Assembly: GCA_965202585.1 (NCBI GenBank)
Contig: OZ241826.1
Span: forward strand, 93,930,001 to 93,994,000
Origin: Thalia democratica
Lineage: Eukaryota
Length of the DNA stretch: 64,000 nt
Direction of reading: 5' to 3'
Shown: positions 62,964 through 64,000 of the stretch, in pieces
Layout: the number at the start of each line of letters is the position of its first letter
Numbering within the stretch: the first letter of the stretch is position 1
The notes under the pieces: model-generated
The model's database searches: none
What the model saw: only the letters and a program-made list of their open reading frames with translations
What the model was told of the DNA's origin: nothing
Program-made: the position numbers and the translations under genes

Positions 62964-64000
62964 ATGTTCCGTGTAGTAGTTTGTCTGATTCTGGTCCTTA
63001 TTATAAAAGCGGATGAGGTTATCCGTAAGCAATACTTACCGCTTTGCGAAAACTTTCCAGTAAAAGCCTACAAGCTGACAGACCCAGGCCCTTGCAAATC
63101 TTATAACGCCACACAAATAGTGTCCCCTGTTGACGTTTACAGACCAATAGACGACACGAAAACATTAAAAGCAATTGCATGTAGAGTTAAAATTGAGTAT
63201 CATGAGTGTACTTATTATTTTTTCTTTTCCAAAAACTGTATTTTGAAAAAGGTCGAATATCGACCGGTAGACGCTGATACATGCAAGCGTGCAGAAAGAA
63301 ATAGGGTTACAAGGCAGGGAGTCTTATCCCCAAAAACTGATAAAACACTTTCATCCAGAAACATTCTTAAACCAGTGTTTAGTTACCCGTGGACCACGGT
63401 AAATAAAGTCGAGAATTTTATACTCGCATTTATAACGGTTAACAAAGAGAGATCTTCGAAAACGTTTTCTCACATAACACTTGGAACTTTAAGATGTAAG
63501 CAAGAAGAAAAAGTTTGCTCAGCTGATAACTGGATCATCGTATACGAGGAAAAAATAGAAAACAGTTGCAAAGACCCACCAAAAATAAAAAATACCAGTC
63601 TGGTTTTGCACACTACGGCAAACGGCGTAATTTACGAGATTAAACAAACTAATCTCATTTCCACGATTCTTTCAAAGTGTGACGATAAAGTAACTAGATG
63701 TATACCTACAAAGGAAGGGGAAAAACTATTATGTTTTCTTTCCGGTCACGTCATTAAAATCAATGAGAGTGCAAATGTTTCATCGACAGAAGGGTTATTG
63801 ATGAACACTTCAACAAAATTCAAACAATTGTATGCAGCACTAGCAACAGTCGCAAATATAAATTTGTTAAACACACAGCTACTGCAGCGTGTTTTCGAAA
63901 ACGCGCTATGCAAGAACGCACGAACTAGTTTAGTAAGTTTAATGGGGTCTCAAAAGTTTAACCCTTCGAAAACTTTAAGCTTCCTGTTGGAAAGGGAAGT
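62964..64000 (+). CDS. env: Env-like membrane glycoprotein, class III fusogen-like (partial, 345 codons, runs off window)
   Basis: Stop-free from ATG 62964 to the window end. Signal-peptide-like MFRVVVCLILVLIIKA|DEV, 13 further Cys, and 5 N-X-S/T sequons. Motifs AIACRVK...ECTYYFFFSK...YRPVDADTCK and LCKNARTSLVSLMGSQKFNPSKTLSFLLEREV. Confidence 0.85.
   Translation, partial: MFRVVVCLILVLIIKADEVIRKQYLPLCENFPVKAYKLTDPGPCKSYNATQIVSPVDVYRPIDDTKTLKAIACRVKIEYHECTYYFFFSKNCILKKVEYRPVDADTCKRAERNRVTRQGVLSPKTDKTLSSRNILKPVFSYPWTTVNKVENFILAFITVNKERSSKTFSHITLGTLRCKQEEKVCSADNWIIVYEEKIENSCKDPPKIKNTSLVLHTTANGVIYEIKQTNLISTILSKCDDKVTRCIPTKEGEKLLCFLSGHVIKINESANVSSTEGLLMNTSTKFKQLYAALATVANINLLNTQLLQRVFENALCKNARTSLVSLMGSQKFNPSKTLSFLLERE

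Larger units (their letters stand above)
56719..64000 (+). mobile_element. Ty3/gypsy LTR retrotransposon with gag, pol and env-like ORF (3' end outside window)
   Basis: PR-RT-RH-IN domain order, uninterrupted gag and pol frames, a third ORF open to the window end, and an LTR-like 5' region starting TGTAAG. Confidence 0.95.

Overview
Very AT-rich eukaryotic genomic DNA, most likely from an invertebrate animal. It has spliceosomal GT-AG introns, no operons, and no rRNA, tRNA or CRISPR array that I can support; most short ORFs in the track are spurious. The main feature is an apparently intact Ty3/gypsy LTR retroelement at about 56.7-64 kb, cut off by the window end. It carries a 5' LTR with internal repeats, gag, and a canonical -1 frameshift signal (G GGA AAC plus an H-type pseudoknot) into pol (PR-RT-RH-IN, CsRN1-like motifs). 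A third ORF, missing from the ORF track, encodes a signal-peptide-bearing, Cys-rich glycoprotein with motifs of class III viral fusogens (herpesvirus gB / rhabdovirus G type), so the element looks like an env-bearing, retrovirus-like retrotransposon. Host-type genes reconstructed by hand are a 2-exon BACK-Kelch gene with no recognisable BTB domain (16.6-18.6 kb), a 4-exon minus-strand gene with a divergent MBD-like domain (29.9-32.2 kb), and two head-to-head, highly divergent 14-3-3-like copies (one nearly intact but lacking phosphopeptide-binding residues, one a pseudogene). The rest is decayed Kelch, LINE and Penelope fragments, MITEs (one hAT-type with a perfect 8-bp TSD, one foldback-like with a 9-11-bp TSD), tandem repeats and hairpins. 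All homology calls come from motif recognition by eye; no database search was run.
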